A stretch of 39,573 nt of DNA, from assembly GCA_902783985.1 (NCBI GenBank), contig CACZTI010000032.1:1-39573 (forward strand), read 5' to 3'. Below the pieces are notes generated by a model, which saw nothing but the letters and a program-made list of their open reading frames with translations, made no database searches and was not told the origin of the DNA. This document shows, in pieces, positions 1-8,930 of the stretch. The translations under genes were made by a program, and so were the position numbers. This DNA is from an uncultured Erysipelotrichaceae bacterium. GTDB lineage: Bacteria > Bacillota_I > Bacilli_A > RF39 > UBA660. Every line of letters begins with the position of its first letter. Position 1 is the first letter of the stretch.

Positions 1-83
1 AGATAAACTAACTCAATTGACAACTTAATTTTAGCACGATTTTACACTTTTTTCTTAAAAATTCCACTTTCTACTTGAAATTT

Positions 84-110
84 GGCTACTTGATTATTTA
101 TCAAGTAGCC
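84..110. terminator. Hairpin at the 3' end of mbl
   Basis: Inverted repeat GGCTACTTGAT-tattt-ATCAAGTAGCC overlapping the mbl stop; no clear U-tail on the minus strand. Confidence 0.45.
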
Positions 111-1077
111 TTAAATTATCTAATAAAATACCAGTTCCAGATACAACACTGATTAATGGATTTTCTGCCACATTAGAAGATACAGCAAGTTCATTACTAA
201 AGACTTTATCTATACCATCTAAAAGAGCTCCACCACCAGTAATCATAATACCATTTTTATAAATATCTGCTGCAAGTTCCGGAGGAGTATTTTCTAAAAC
301 CCATTTGGTAGCATCTATTATTTTCTTTATATCATTTGATAAAGCCTGATATATTTCATTAGAATCAATAGTTAAACTTTTAGGAAGCCCAGAAACTAAA
401 TCTCTTCCTTTAATTTTCATTGATTTTTTCTTATCTGGTTTAATTACAGTTCCTATTTCATGTTTAATATCATTTGCCGTTCTCTCACCAATTAATAGTT
501 TATGTTTATCCTTAACAAAATCTTTTATATCATTATCAAAAGAATTACCGGCAACTTTTAAAGATTTACTAATTACAATATCACCAAGTGATAATACCGC
601 AATATCTGTTGTACCACCACCTATATCAACAATCATATTACCTTCTGGTTTACTAATATCAAGCCCTGCTCCTATTGCTGCCACCTTAGGTTCCTCTTCA
701 AGATATACTCTTTTAGCACCAAGTCTCTCTGCTGCTTCTCTTAAAGCATTTTTTTCAACTTCTGTAGTATCAGTAGGACAACAAATAATTATTTTAGGTT
801 TTTTAAACATTCCAAAACCTTTAACTTTATTAATAAAATAATTAAGCATCATTAAAGTTATATCAAAATCTGCTATAACACCATCTTTCATTGGTTTAAT
901 CGCTTCATATTTTCCTGGTGTTTTACCAAGCATATTATATGCATCAATTCCAAAAGCAAGAGGCCTTTTAGAATCCTTTTCAATTGCCACAACACTTGGT
1001 TCATTTAAAACAATTCCTTCACCTTTGATATATATAAGTACATTAGCAGTCCCTAAATCAATTCCAATATTTTTCAT
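94..1077 (-). CDS. mbl: MreB-like rod shape-determining protein (Mbl)
   Basis: IGIDLGTAN, EPSVVA, DGVIAD, DIGGGTTD and TGGGALL motifs; follows spoIIQ-spoIIID as in Bacillus; start moved to ATG 1077 after AGGTGA RBS. Confidence 0.9.
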   Translation of the reverse strand: MKNIGIDLGTANVLIYIKGEGIVLNEPSVVAIEKDSKRPLAFGIDAYNMLGKTPGKYEAIKPMKDGVIADFDITLMMLNYFINKVKGFGMFKKPKIIICCPTDTTEVEKNALREAAERLGAKRVYLEEEPKVAAIGAGLDISKPEGNMIVDIGGGTTDIAVLSLGDIVISKSLKVAGNSFDNDIKDFVKDKHKLLIGERTANDIKHEIGTVIKPDKKKSMKIKGRDLVSGLPKSLTIDSNEIYQALSNDIKKIIDATKWVLENTPPELAADIYKNGIMITGGGALLDGIDKVFSNELAVSSNVAENPLISVVSGTGILLDNLRLLDK

Positions 1078-1081
1078 ATAA

Positions 1082-1300
1082 TCACCTAATAATAGTATTA
1101 CCAACTTTTCCTAAATTATTTATTATATTTAATTCTTTTTGACATCTATCATATAACTTACAATCAATATTCCTTAGTTTAATATTTAAATCATCCCAAA
1201 TAATATCCTCACTAATTCCAAAAATATGAGATAACTCTTGATAATTTTTATCAAGTGTAAGTAAATAGCGACATTCTAACATTATTCTTTCAACATCCAT
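1082..1300 (-). CDS. spoIIID: Divergent SpoIIID-like HTH protein
   Basis: ERI...Y...FGIS...DL..KL..ID..L pattern matches the SpoIIID fold; located between spoIIQ and mbl. Confidence 0.6.
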   Translation of the reverse strand: MDVERIMLECRYLLTLDKNYQELSHIFGISEDIIWDDLNIKLRNIDCKLYDRCQKELNIINNLGKVGNTIIR

Positions 1301-1332
1301 ATTTCACCAATTAATCATATTAAAAAAGATGA

Positions 1333-1965
1333 TTAAATATCACCTAATTTTTTATTATAAACATTATTAGGATTAATTATTTTACCATCTTGATAAACCT
1401 CAAAATGTAAATGATTCCCTAAACTTTCATTTAATTTACTAAAACCACTTGTTCCAATTTTTTGATTAGTAACAACAATATCTCCTTTTTTAACTTCAAT
1501 ATTTGCAAGTCCTTGATAAACACTTATAAATGAAGAATTATGTCTTATTTTAACAGTTTTACCAAGAAGTTCATCATCCATTACGTCAATTACTGTACCT
1601 TCATATATTGAAACAACATCAAAAGTATCATCCATTACATAATCAATACCAGTATTTTGCATAAAAGTATTACCATATAACACAATTGCTTTTTCTTTTT
1701 CTTCATCTGATAAATTACTATCATAATATTCTCTAGCTACCTTAACAGATTCATTGATAAATGGTTTACCAATTTTTTCATCACTAACACTATTTATTAC
1801 AGGAATACTTCTATTTAATATTGTATTAGAGACAAAATTAATATTATCAAATAACTTCTCATTTTCCTTTTTATCAAATGATTTTTTAGTAAAATAAACT
1901 CCTACAGTAATAACAAACAAAACTAAAACATATAATGTTGGTATTAATAATGATTTTCTTTTCAC
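1333..1965 (-). CDS. spoIIQ: SpoIIQ-like M23/LytM membrane protein
   Basis: N-terminal TM; NTGID (degenerate HxxxD), D.LLG.TVKIRH, VKKGD.V...QKIG, HLHFEV; GTG start after GAGGTGA; synteny. Confidence 0.8.
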   Translation of the reverse strand: MKRKSLLIPTLYVLVLFVITVGVYFTKKSFDKKENEKLFDNINFVSNTILNRSIPVINSVSDEKIGKPFINESVKVAREYYDSNLSDEEKEKAIVLYGNTFMQNTGIDYVMDDTFDVVSIYEGTVIDVMDDELLGKTVKIRHNSSFISVYQGLANIEVKKGDIVVTNQKIGTSGFSKLNESLGNHLHFEVYQDGKIINPNNVYNKKLGDI

Positions 1966-2011
1966 ATTTATCACCTCAGTAATAGTTATTTACAAAAAAA
2001 AACTTTTTATA

Positions 2012-2413
2012 CTAAAAAAGTTTTGAGAATATATTTAAAATAATAAAAATCAATGGAATAATACCAATAACTATTAAAAATATTTTTTCTATTAAAAGAT
2101 ATTTATTTAACTTTATTGATTGTTCTTTTTTAAGTTTAATAGTTTTTAATATCAAAAATATTGCTATAGCAATAAAAATAATAACAAATATTCCAAGATA
2201 TATACCTAGATTATTTACAAAATTAATTTCATCATTATAAAAATTCACTAATCCATTTTTAAAATATGATTGAGCATCATTATTCAACACACCAAAAAAA
2301 TGCTTAACTAAAATATAAACCATATATAATAAAAATAAAAAATATTCAACACCAACACCAAACCCAATAATCATATTCATAAAATAATTTTTTTCTAAAT
2401 TTTTCTTTTCCAT
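2012..2413 (-). CDS. Hypothetical membrane protein (about 3 TM)
   Basis: Three hydrophobic segments; GGAG RBS. Confidence 0.7.
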   Translation of the reverse strand: MEKKNLEKNYFMNMIIGFGVGVEYFLFLLYMVYILVKHFFGVLNNDAQSYFKNGLVNFYNDEINFVNNLGIYLGIFVIIFIAIAIFLILKTIKLKKEQSIKLNKYLLIEKIFLIVIGIIPLIFIILNIFSKLF

Positions 2414-2423
2414 AAAAACACTC

Positions 2424-2615
2424 CTAAAATATTTTAATGTTTATAAAATCATATAAAAAATTAGCTAAAAGGTATATTAATACCAAAGCTATAACTACAT
2501 AAAATACTCTAGCCTGAACTACCTTACCTTTTTTAAAAATACCATTAATATTAACAGCATCAATAGACCATATAACAATAATACTACTTAATAAATAAAC
2601 AGCAAATTTAAGCAT
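2424..2615 (-). CDS. DUF1146 (YwzB-like) small membrane protein
   Basis: W.I.AVN...IFKKGKV.QAR......A....YL.ANF..DF pattern; same position as B. subtilis ywzB. Confidence 0.75.
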   Translation of the reverse strand: MLKFAVYLLSSIIVIWSIDAVNINGIFKKGKVVQARVFYVVIALVLIYLLANFLYDFINIKIF

Positions 2616-3060
2616 GATATTCCTCTTTTTCAATTAATTTAACTTTATTAATTCTTCTTATATGCTTTTCTAAATTAGAAAACTCTGTTTCAACAAATGT
2701 TTTTACAATTTCTAAAGCTTCATCAAGATCTTTTTCTCCATTAAATGCAACACAATTAGTATCATTATCACATCTTGTATGATATGCATCCATTTTATTA
2801 TCTACTTTAGCACAATAAATACCTTTCATTTTATTTAAAGCAATACTAATACCTATACCACTACCACAAATAGCAATACCATAATCAACCTCATGATTAA
2901 TAATACCATTACCTAATTTATAAGCGAAATCTGGGTAATCACATGATTCTTTACTATTTGTTCCATAATCAATTATAATATACCCTAATTCTTTTAATTT
3001 ATTAATTAATTCATTTTTTAATTTAAAACCACGATGATCTGATGCAATACCTAACTTCAT
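2608..3060 (-). CDS. rpiB: Ribose-5-phosphate isomerase B
   Basis: ASDHRG, DYPDFA, ICGSGIG and H.RRI.K motifs. Confidence 0.92.
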   Translation of the reverse strand: MKLGIASDHRGFKLKNELINKLKELGYIIIDYGTNSKESCDYPDFAYKLGNGIINHEVDYGIAICGSGIGISIALNKMKGIYCAKVDNKMDAYHTRCDNDTNCVAFNGEKDLDEALEIVKTFVETEFSNLEKHIRRINKVKLIEKEEYHA

Positions 3061-3115
3061 ACTTTATCCTCCAATACTTATCTTATCATAAAAAAACAAA
3101 AAAGAATAGTATAAA

Positions 3116-3328
3116 CTATCCTTCATATCCATATTTTTTATTAAATTTATCAACTCTACCTGTCTTAGATCCTCTTGCTTGTTTTCCAGTATAAAATGGA
3201 TGACATTTAGAACAAATTTCAACATTTATTTCACTTTTAGTAGATTTTGTTTTAAAAGTTTCTCCACAAGCACAAGTTACAGTACAATCAACATATTCAA
3301 CTTTCTTTTCATTATTAGCCTTTGCCAT
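3116..3328 (-). CDS. rpmE: 50S ribosomal protein L31 (Zn-binding type)
   Basis: CACG...[23 protein letters not shown]. Confidence 0.95.
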   Translation of the reverse strand: MAKANNEKKVEYVDCTVTCACGETFKTKSTKSEINVEICSKCHPFYTGKQARGSKTGRVDKFNKKYGYEG

Positions 3329-3332
3329 AATA

Positions 3333-3378
3333 TTCTCCTTTCGCCATGAATTTAATCATAGTAATACAAATTACTAGG
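3333..3378 (-). promoter_or_regulatory. Probable L31 ribosomal leader RNA
   Basis: Minus strand CTATGA-ttaaat-TCATGG-CGAAAGGAG hairpin next to the RBS, plus AGTAAT/ATTACT stem, downstream of a TATAAT; resembles Firmicutes rpmE leaders. Confidence 0.5.
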
Positions 3379-3405
3379 ATATTATAACAATTTTTATTAT
3401 TAAAA

Positions 3406-4068
3406 TCAAGTATTTTCTAATAAATAAGTCTTAATTATCTTAGCAATTTCTCTGTTTCCTTCAATATTTAAATGAATTTCATCACTTTTATAGTTATTAC
3501 CTTTAACTATTTCATATAATTTTATATAATTTATATTATTTTTAATCATTAAGTTAGACAACCTATTATCTATATCAAAAAAGAATTCATCAGTTTTACT
3601 ATCATAATAATTAGTAGGATTATAATATCCTAAAAACATTATTTTGCCTTTGGCATATTGATTTATTTCATTAATCAATAATTCAATATCATTATACATT
3701 TTATTAAAATAATAATAATTTTTATTCATATCAAATTTACTATAATTTTTACTTAATTCTTCTTCACCAATAAATATTACTAAAACATCACTTTCTCTTA
3801 AATCTTTTTTTATATAATAATCTTTATCATTAAATCTAATAGTTTTATTATTCTTTATATCTTTAATTAAACTATTAATATCTTTATTAATAAATAAGTT
3901 ATTATAATTTAATAAGTGATTATTTAAATAATTTTTAATTATTTCATTATAATTATAACAGTTTAAAGTATCATTAAAAGAAACATAATTTACTAAATTA
4001 TTATTAAAATTACTATAAATTATATATATACCAAAAAAAGTTAATAAGAAATATATTATTTTTTTCAT
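3406..4068 (-). CDS. Degenerate SGNH/GDSL hydrolase-like membrane-anchored protein
   Basis: N-terminal TM; YVSFND (block I-like), IFIG.EEL, LGYYNP, DEIHLN..GN (DxxH). Confidence 0.6.
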   Translation of the reverse strand: MKKIIYFLLTFFGIYIIYSNFNNNLVNYVSFNDTLNCYNYNEIIKNYLNNHLLNYNNLFINKDINSLIKDIKNNKTIRFNDKDYYIKKDLRESDVLVIFIGEEELSKNYSKFDMNKNYYYFNKMYNDIELLINEINQYAKGKIMFLGYYNPTNYYDSKTDEFFFDIDNRLSNLMIKNNINYIKLYEIVKGNNYKSDEIHLNIEGNREIAKIIKTYLLENT

Positions 4069-4103
4069 AAACACCAATAAATTATATTTCTTAATAACTT
4101 TAT

Positions 4104-5357
4104 TTATTCTTCAATCAATTCTATCTTAGCTCCTATATTTGTAAGTTTAGATACAATATCTTCATAACCTCTTAAAATATATTGAGCGTTTAAAATTCTT
4201 GTATGACCTTCTGCTTTTAAAGCTGCCAAAAGAAGTGATGCACCAGCTCTTAAATCAGTAGCCATAACCTCTTCACCATGTAAGTGATTAGATCCTAAAA
4301 TCGTTAATTCTCTTCCATTAATTGATATATTAGCTCCCATTTTATTTAAATATGGAATATTCATAAATCTATTTTCATATATTGTTTCATTTACAGTACT
4401 TTTTCCTTTTGCTCCAACAAGTAATGGAACAAATGGTTGTTGTAAATCCGTTGGGAATCCAGGATAACCTGATGTTTTAACATCACATCCTATTATATTA
4501 TCATTAGCATTAACAATAATATTATCATCATTTATTACTATATCACAACCCATATCAATCATTTTATCTGTAAGACTTTTAACATGTTCTGGAATAATAT
4601 TTTGGATATTTAAATAACTTCCTTTTAAAGCTCCTAAAATAATATATGTTCCCGCTTCTATTCTATCAGGTATTACATCATGAAAACAACCATCAAGCTT
4701 ATCAACACCAACTATTTTTATAGTCTCATATCCTGCACCTGTAATTTTAGCCCCCATTTTATTAAGCATATTGGCAAGATCAACGATTTCTGGTTCTTTA
4801 GCAGCATTATGAATAATAGTTTCCCCTTTTGCTAATACTGACACTATTAAAGCATTAACAGTAGCCCCAACACTAGGCATATCAAGAGTAATTTCATTTC
4901 CAATTAGTTCTTTGGCTGTAATATGAAATATACAATCTTTTTCTTCTATCAAGGCTCCTAATTTTTCAAAAACTTTTAATGTTTGATCAATAGGACGACT
5001 TCCAATACTACATCCTCCTGGAAATGACATATGAACTTCACCAAATCTTGCTAATAAACTAGCCATAAAGTAATATGATGCACGAAGCTTATTAGAATAT
5101 TCATCTGGTATTTCTTTATTAACTAAATTACTTGGATCAATTACCATACTTCCACTAGCTTCATTAACTGTCACATTTAAATATCTTAAAATATCACATA
5201 ATGCATTAATATCAGTAATATTTGGAATATTTGTTAATGTTGTTTTATTGCTAGTTAAAATAGCAGCTGGTATTAAAGATACTGCACTATTTTTAGCACC
5301 ACTTATATAAACAGTTCCAGTTAGTGTTTTCCCTCCATCTATTTCTAAAATTTTCAT
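4104..5357 (-). CDS. murA: UDP-N-acetylglucosamine 1-carboxyvinyltransferase
   Basis: SGAKNS, LRASYY, PGGCSIGSRP (active-site Cys), PDRIEAGT, DLRAGA. Confidence 0.96.
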   Translation of the reverse strand: MKILEIDGGKTLTGTVYISGAKNSAVSLIPAAILTSNKTTLTNIPNITDINALCDILRYLNVTVNEASGSMVIDPSNLVNKEIPDEYSNKLRASYYFMASLLARFGEVHMSFPGGCSIGSRPIDQTLKVFEKLGALIEEKDCIFHITAKELIGNEITLDMPSVGATVNALIVSVLAKGETIIHNAAKEPEIVDLANMLNKMGAKITGAGYETIKIVGVDKLDGCFHDVIPDRIEAGTYIILGALKGSYLNIQNIIPEHVKSLTDKMIDMGCDIVINDDNIIVNANDNIIGCDVKTSGYPGFPTDLQQPFVPLLVGAKGKSTVNETIYENRFMNIPYLNKMGANISINGRELTILGSNHLHGEEVMATDLRAGASLLLAALKAEGHTRILNAQYILRGYEDIVSKLTNIGAKIELIEE

Positions 5358-5375
5358 TTAACACCTCATATTATT

Positions 5376-6221
5376 TTATTTATTATCATTTAAAATGTTA
5401 ATTTTATCCTCAATAAACTTTTCCATAGCATCTTTTCCACTATAAATAATTTTACGTGGATCATATACATTAGGATTATTATTTATAAATTGTTTAACCG
5501 CTTCCATCCAAACATATTGAATATCAGAATTAACATTAATTTTACTAATACCACATTTAATAGATTTTCTTAAAATATCATGCGATAAACCAGAACCTCC
5601 ATGCATAACTAAAGGAACATCTATATTATCTCTTAATTTCTTTATTAAATCATATTGAATATTAACTTCACCTTTATATATACCATGAACTGTACCAATT
5701 GCTGGAGTAAAAGAATCAATACCAGTTTCATTAACAAATCTTATACATTCATCATAATCAGCAACCAATATATTACTTGCCACATTATCTTCAATACCAC
5801 CAACATGACCAAGTTCAGCCTCAACAGTTACATTTTTTAAATGTGCATAATCAACAACTTTCTTTGTTTCTTTAATATTTTCTTCTAAACTTAATTTTGA
5901 TGCATCTATCATAACAGATGTAAAACCAGCATCAATTGCTTTTTTACAACTATCAAAACTATCACCATGATCTAAATGTAAGCAAACTGGAATATGAATA
6001 TCTAAATCATTTACTAAACTATTAACTAAACTTGCAACTACATTAAATCCACCCATATATTTTATAGCCCCTAAACTAGCTCCAAGTATAACAGGTGTAT
6101 TCATACTATTACATTTTTCTAAAATGATTTTAGCCCACTCTAAATTATTAATATTAAAGTGATATACCACTTGATAATTCTCTCTAGCCTCCATTAACAT
6201 TTTTTTACTATTTACTAACAT
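5376..6221 (-). CDS. fba: Class II fructose-1,6-bisphosphate aldolase
   Basis: HLDHG, SVMIDAS, VEAELG, GTVHG, LVMHGGSG; start moved to ATG 6221 after GAGGTG. Confidence 0.92.
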   Translation of the reverse strand: MLVNSKKMLMEARENYQVVYHFNINNLEWAKIILEKCNSMNTPVILGASLGAIKYMGGFNVVASLVNSLVNDLDIHIPVCLHLDHGDSFDSCKKAIDAGFTSVMIDASKLSLEENIKETKKVVDYAHLKNVTVEAELGHVGGIEDNVASNILVADYDECIRFVNETGIDSFTPAIGTVHGIYKGEVNIQYDLIKKLRDNIDVPLVMHGGSGLSHDILRKSIKCGISKINVNSDIQYVWMEAVKQFINNNPNVYDPRKIIYSGKDAMEKFIEDKINILNDNK

Positions 6222-6237
6222 AAAACACCTCATATAC

Positions 6238-6266
6238 ATCATAATACAAATTTTCAATAAAGTCAA
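6238..6266 (-). promoter_or_regulatory. Sigma-A-like promoter for fba
   Basis: TTGACT-N17-TATGAT. Confidence 0.5.
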
Positions 6267-6292
6267 AAAAAATACTAGTATAAACTAGTATT
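6265..6292 (-). terminator. Intrinsic terminator of the 7505-6291 gene
   Basis: AATACTAGT-N4-ACTAGTATT followed by a T-run on the minus strand. Confidence 0.65.
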
Positions 6293-7505
6293 ATCTTACT
6301 CTTCCACTTTCAAATAGTTGAGATGTAATTAAATTATAGTTTTCTTCAAGTTCACTGATTATTGTATTAAAATCACACATATTACCATTTATATCTTTTG
6401 AATAAGCATGATTTGTTTCAAGTGTAGTTTGACCTAACATAAAAACAATATATCTTGCAATAGGTGAAATATCATAATATCCATATCTATTACCATTATG
6501 TTCAAATGTTACATTACCAAATATAAAATCCAAAAAGAAATCATTATAATCATTAACATCACTTGTAGTTAAAGCTCTATCTCCGTTATATGCATCATCA
6601 ACTAACATATTTCTTCTTGATGTAAAACTAGAGATAACTTCATATTCAATAGAACCTTCTGGAAACATAACATCAAACAATGGGAATATTTTATCACCTG
6701 ACATGTTTCCACCTTCAATTAATTTTTCTACCTCAGCCATATTAGCTTGACATAATCTATTAATACCATTGATAGTATCAAATAGTTCTTCTTCGCTTAA
6801 TCTTTCTCCATTATTTAATCTTATAATATTTCTTGTTAATGGATCAACATTCTCGATTGTTTCACCAACATTCTCACGGAATGTTTCATTATATTCTTCA
6901 TCAGTTTGAGTATTAGAATCCTCTACTGATACAACTTGAATAGGTTCCTCCGTAACATAAGGAGTTGGTACTTCCGTAGGAACAGCAGTTACTACAGGTG
7001 TAATATAAGGTGTAGGTGCCTCTGTTACAATTGCAGTAGGTGTTACTATAGTCTCTGGTTTTGGTGTAAAAGTAGCACTTTGTTCAATAACAGGTTTTTT
7101 TCCAAATATTTGAAACAATTTTGATTTTTCTTTATTAAGAACAAAATCAACAGCAACACCACCGATTACAAGAGCTGATACAAGAGCAAGCAATTTAACA
7201 CCAGTTTTTCTTGATGAACGTTCTTCACCCTTTGTTTCCTCTACTTTATCTGAATCACTACTATGTTTTTCATTAACAATAGGCACTACTTTTTCCTTTT
7301 TACTATCTTTTTGAAATTCATTTAATTCCACTCTCGGATCTTTCATAACCTTCTCTAAAGTTAATCCTTCTTGATTCATAAACTTAAATATTGCACCTAA
7401 AACATCATTAGTAATTTCACTAGAACCATCTTCATAATAAATAATACAATTATTAAAAACATTTTTTTCTTTATCTACAGAATAAATGATTTTTTCAATC
7501 TTCAT
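6291..7505 (-). CDS. Hypothetical single-pass membrane protein with Pro/Thr-rich linker
   Basis: About 70-aa N-terminal domain, charged linker, TM (LLALVSALVIGGVAVDFVL), TP/PTP-rich stalk, helical acidic C-domain; GGAGG RBS. Confidence 0.8.
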   Translation of the reverse strand: MKIEKIIYSVDKEKNVFNNCIIYYEDGSSEITNDVLGAIFKFMNQEGLTLEKVMKDPRVELNEFQKDSKKEKVVPIVNEKHSSDSDKVEETKGEERSSRKTGVKLLALVSALVIGGVAVDFVLNKEKSKLFQIFGKKPVIEQSATFTPKPETIVTPTAIVTEAPTPYITPVVTAVPTEVPTPYVTEEPIQVVSVEDSNTQTDEEYNETFRENVGETIENVDPLTRNIIRLNNGERLSEEELFDTINGINRLCQANMAEVEKLIEGGNMSGDKIFPLFDVMFPEGSIEYEVISSFTSRRNMLVDDAYNGDRALTTSDVNDYNDFFLDFIFGNVTFEHNGNRYGYYDISPIARYIVFMLGQTTLETNHAYSKDINGNMCDFNTIISELEENYNLITSQLFESGRVR

Positions 7506-7552
7506 TTTCCCCTCCAAATACAAGGGTATTATACCATAAATAAGTCAAAAAG

Positions 7553-8050
7553 TCAATTTGAAAGCAAATCATATATAAGAGAACGATATTCCACATCACT
7601 AGTATTATCATTTTCATCTATTAAACATAATGGTGGATATAATACACACCACCAATTATCACCCAATCCCTTACCTAAAGTAATTACCAAAGATTCATAT
7701 TCACCATCCTGATAAACAACACCTTTATAACTTTTTCTAGGAAAATAATTCATCCCATAATTAATCTTATAATTATTTATTTTACTACCAATTATTTTAT
7801 TAATTTCATCCATATTGTTTTTTATACTAAATCTTGCTTCACTAACACTACTTGCATTACCAATAATATTATAAATATCATTTTCTATTTCTTCTTTTAA
7901 TTTTTTCTTTTCATATAAATCACTAATACTATTGCTATTAGCAATAATTCTTATTCTAATAGCATCACTTGGTATCATAATTTCTTCATTTTTATTTTTA
8001 ATCATTATTCCAATAACACAACATATTAATAACACCATTAGTTTTTTCAA
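7553..8050 (-). CDS. spoIIR: Stage II sporulation protein R
   Basis: IP.DAIRIRIIANSNS, G.YESLVITLG.G.G.NWWCVLYPPLC; downstream of prfA-prmC as in Bacillus; TTG start after AAGGTGA. Confidence 0.92.
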   Translation of the reverse strand: MKKLMVLLICCVIGIMIKNKNEEIMIPSDAIRIRIIANSNSISDLYEKKKLKEEIENDIYNIIGNASSVSEARFSIKNNMDEINKIIGSKINNYKINYGMNYFPRKSYKGVVYQDGEYESLVITLGKGLGDNWWCVLYPPLCLIDENDNTSDVEYRSLIYDLLSN

Positions 8051-8114
8051 AAAAATCACCTTCATTATTAATAATGAGATGATTCTTTTATTTTATACAA
8101 AAAAATAAGTATTT

Positions 8115-8930
8115 CTACTTATCTCTTATTACAAAAATCATTCGATCTCTTCCTGATAAATCTTTTTTACATGTTATAGAAACATCTTTCATATCACTAA
8201 AAAGTTTAATAATATCATCTTTTTCATCATAACCAATTTCCATAGCTAAAATAAATTTATCATTAACATAATTTTCTAAATTATTTCTAATTTTTTTATA
8301 AATATCAAGTCCATCTATACCACCATATAAAGCAAGATGTGGTTCATTATTATATACAATGTCTTCTATTTCTTCATCATTTTTAATATATGGAGGATTA
8401 CTTATAATAACATCATATTTATCATAAACATTATTCCACATATCACTTTGAATAAAGGATACATCAACCTTATTTAATAATGCATTATCTCGTGATACCT
8501 TTAAAGCATCATTACTAATATCTAATAAAGTAACCCTAGATTCAGGTAACTTTTTCTTTAATGTAATACCAATACATCCAGAACCAGTTCCCAAATCAAT
8601 AATATTAACTGGTTTGTCAAAATGTTCTTTAATTAAATTAATAGTATTTTCCACTAATTCTTCTGTTTCAAATCTTGGAATTAAAACATTTTCATTTACT
8701 TTAAATATATTTCCATAAAAATTAACATTTCCAATTACATATTGAATAGGTTTATTCTTTAATAAAGCTATTTTTTCTTGAAATTCCTTTATTTTAGAAT
8801 CACTAACATTTTCATCTAAATGTAACAATAATTCCAGTGAATCATAACCTAAAATACTTCCTAATAGCATCATAACTTGATCTTTATGAAGATATTTTTT
8901 TCCTAAAATAATTAATTCTTGAATAGTCAT
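8115..8930 (-). CDS. prmC: Release factor glutamine methyltransferase
   Basis: PIQYVIG, VLIPRFETE, DLGTGSG, SNPPY. Confidence 0.95.
   Translation of the reverse strand: MTIQELIILGKKYLHKDQVMMLLGSILGYDSLELLLHLDENVSDSKIKEFQEKIALLKNKPIQYVIGNVNFYGNIFKVNENVLIPRFETEELVENTINLIKEHFDKPVNIIDLGTGSGCIGITLKKKLPESRVTLLDISNDALKVSRDNALLNKVDVSFIQSDMWNNVYDKYDVIISNPPYIKNDEEIEDIVYNNEPHLALYGGIDGLDIYKKIRNNLENYVNDKFILAMEIGYDEKDDIIKLFSDMKDVSITCKKDLSGRDRMIFVIRDK

Noticed and set aside
31-57. TTAGCAC resembling half a CIRCE element
   Set aside because: The second arm GAGTGCTAA is absent
5655-5840. Short antisense ORFs in the track (also 6936-7124, 9413-9613, 13065-13250, 19283-19489, 23329-23511, 24141-24398, 24358-24612, 25359-25640, 30165-30353, 31142-31333, 35265-35615)
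   Set aside because: They lie opposite well-supported genes, with shadow-ORF composition and no recognisable motifs
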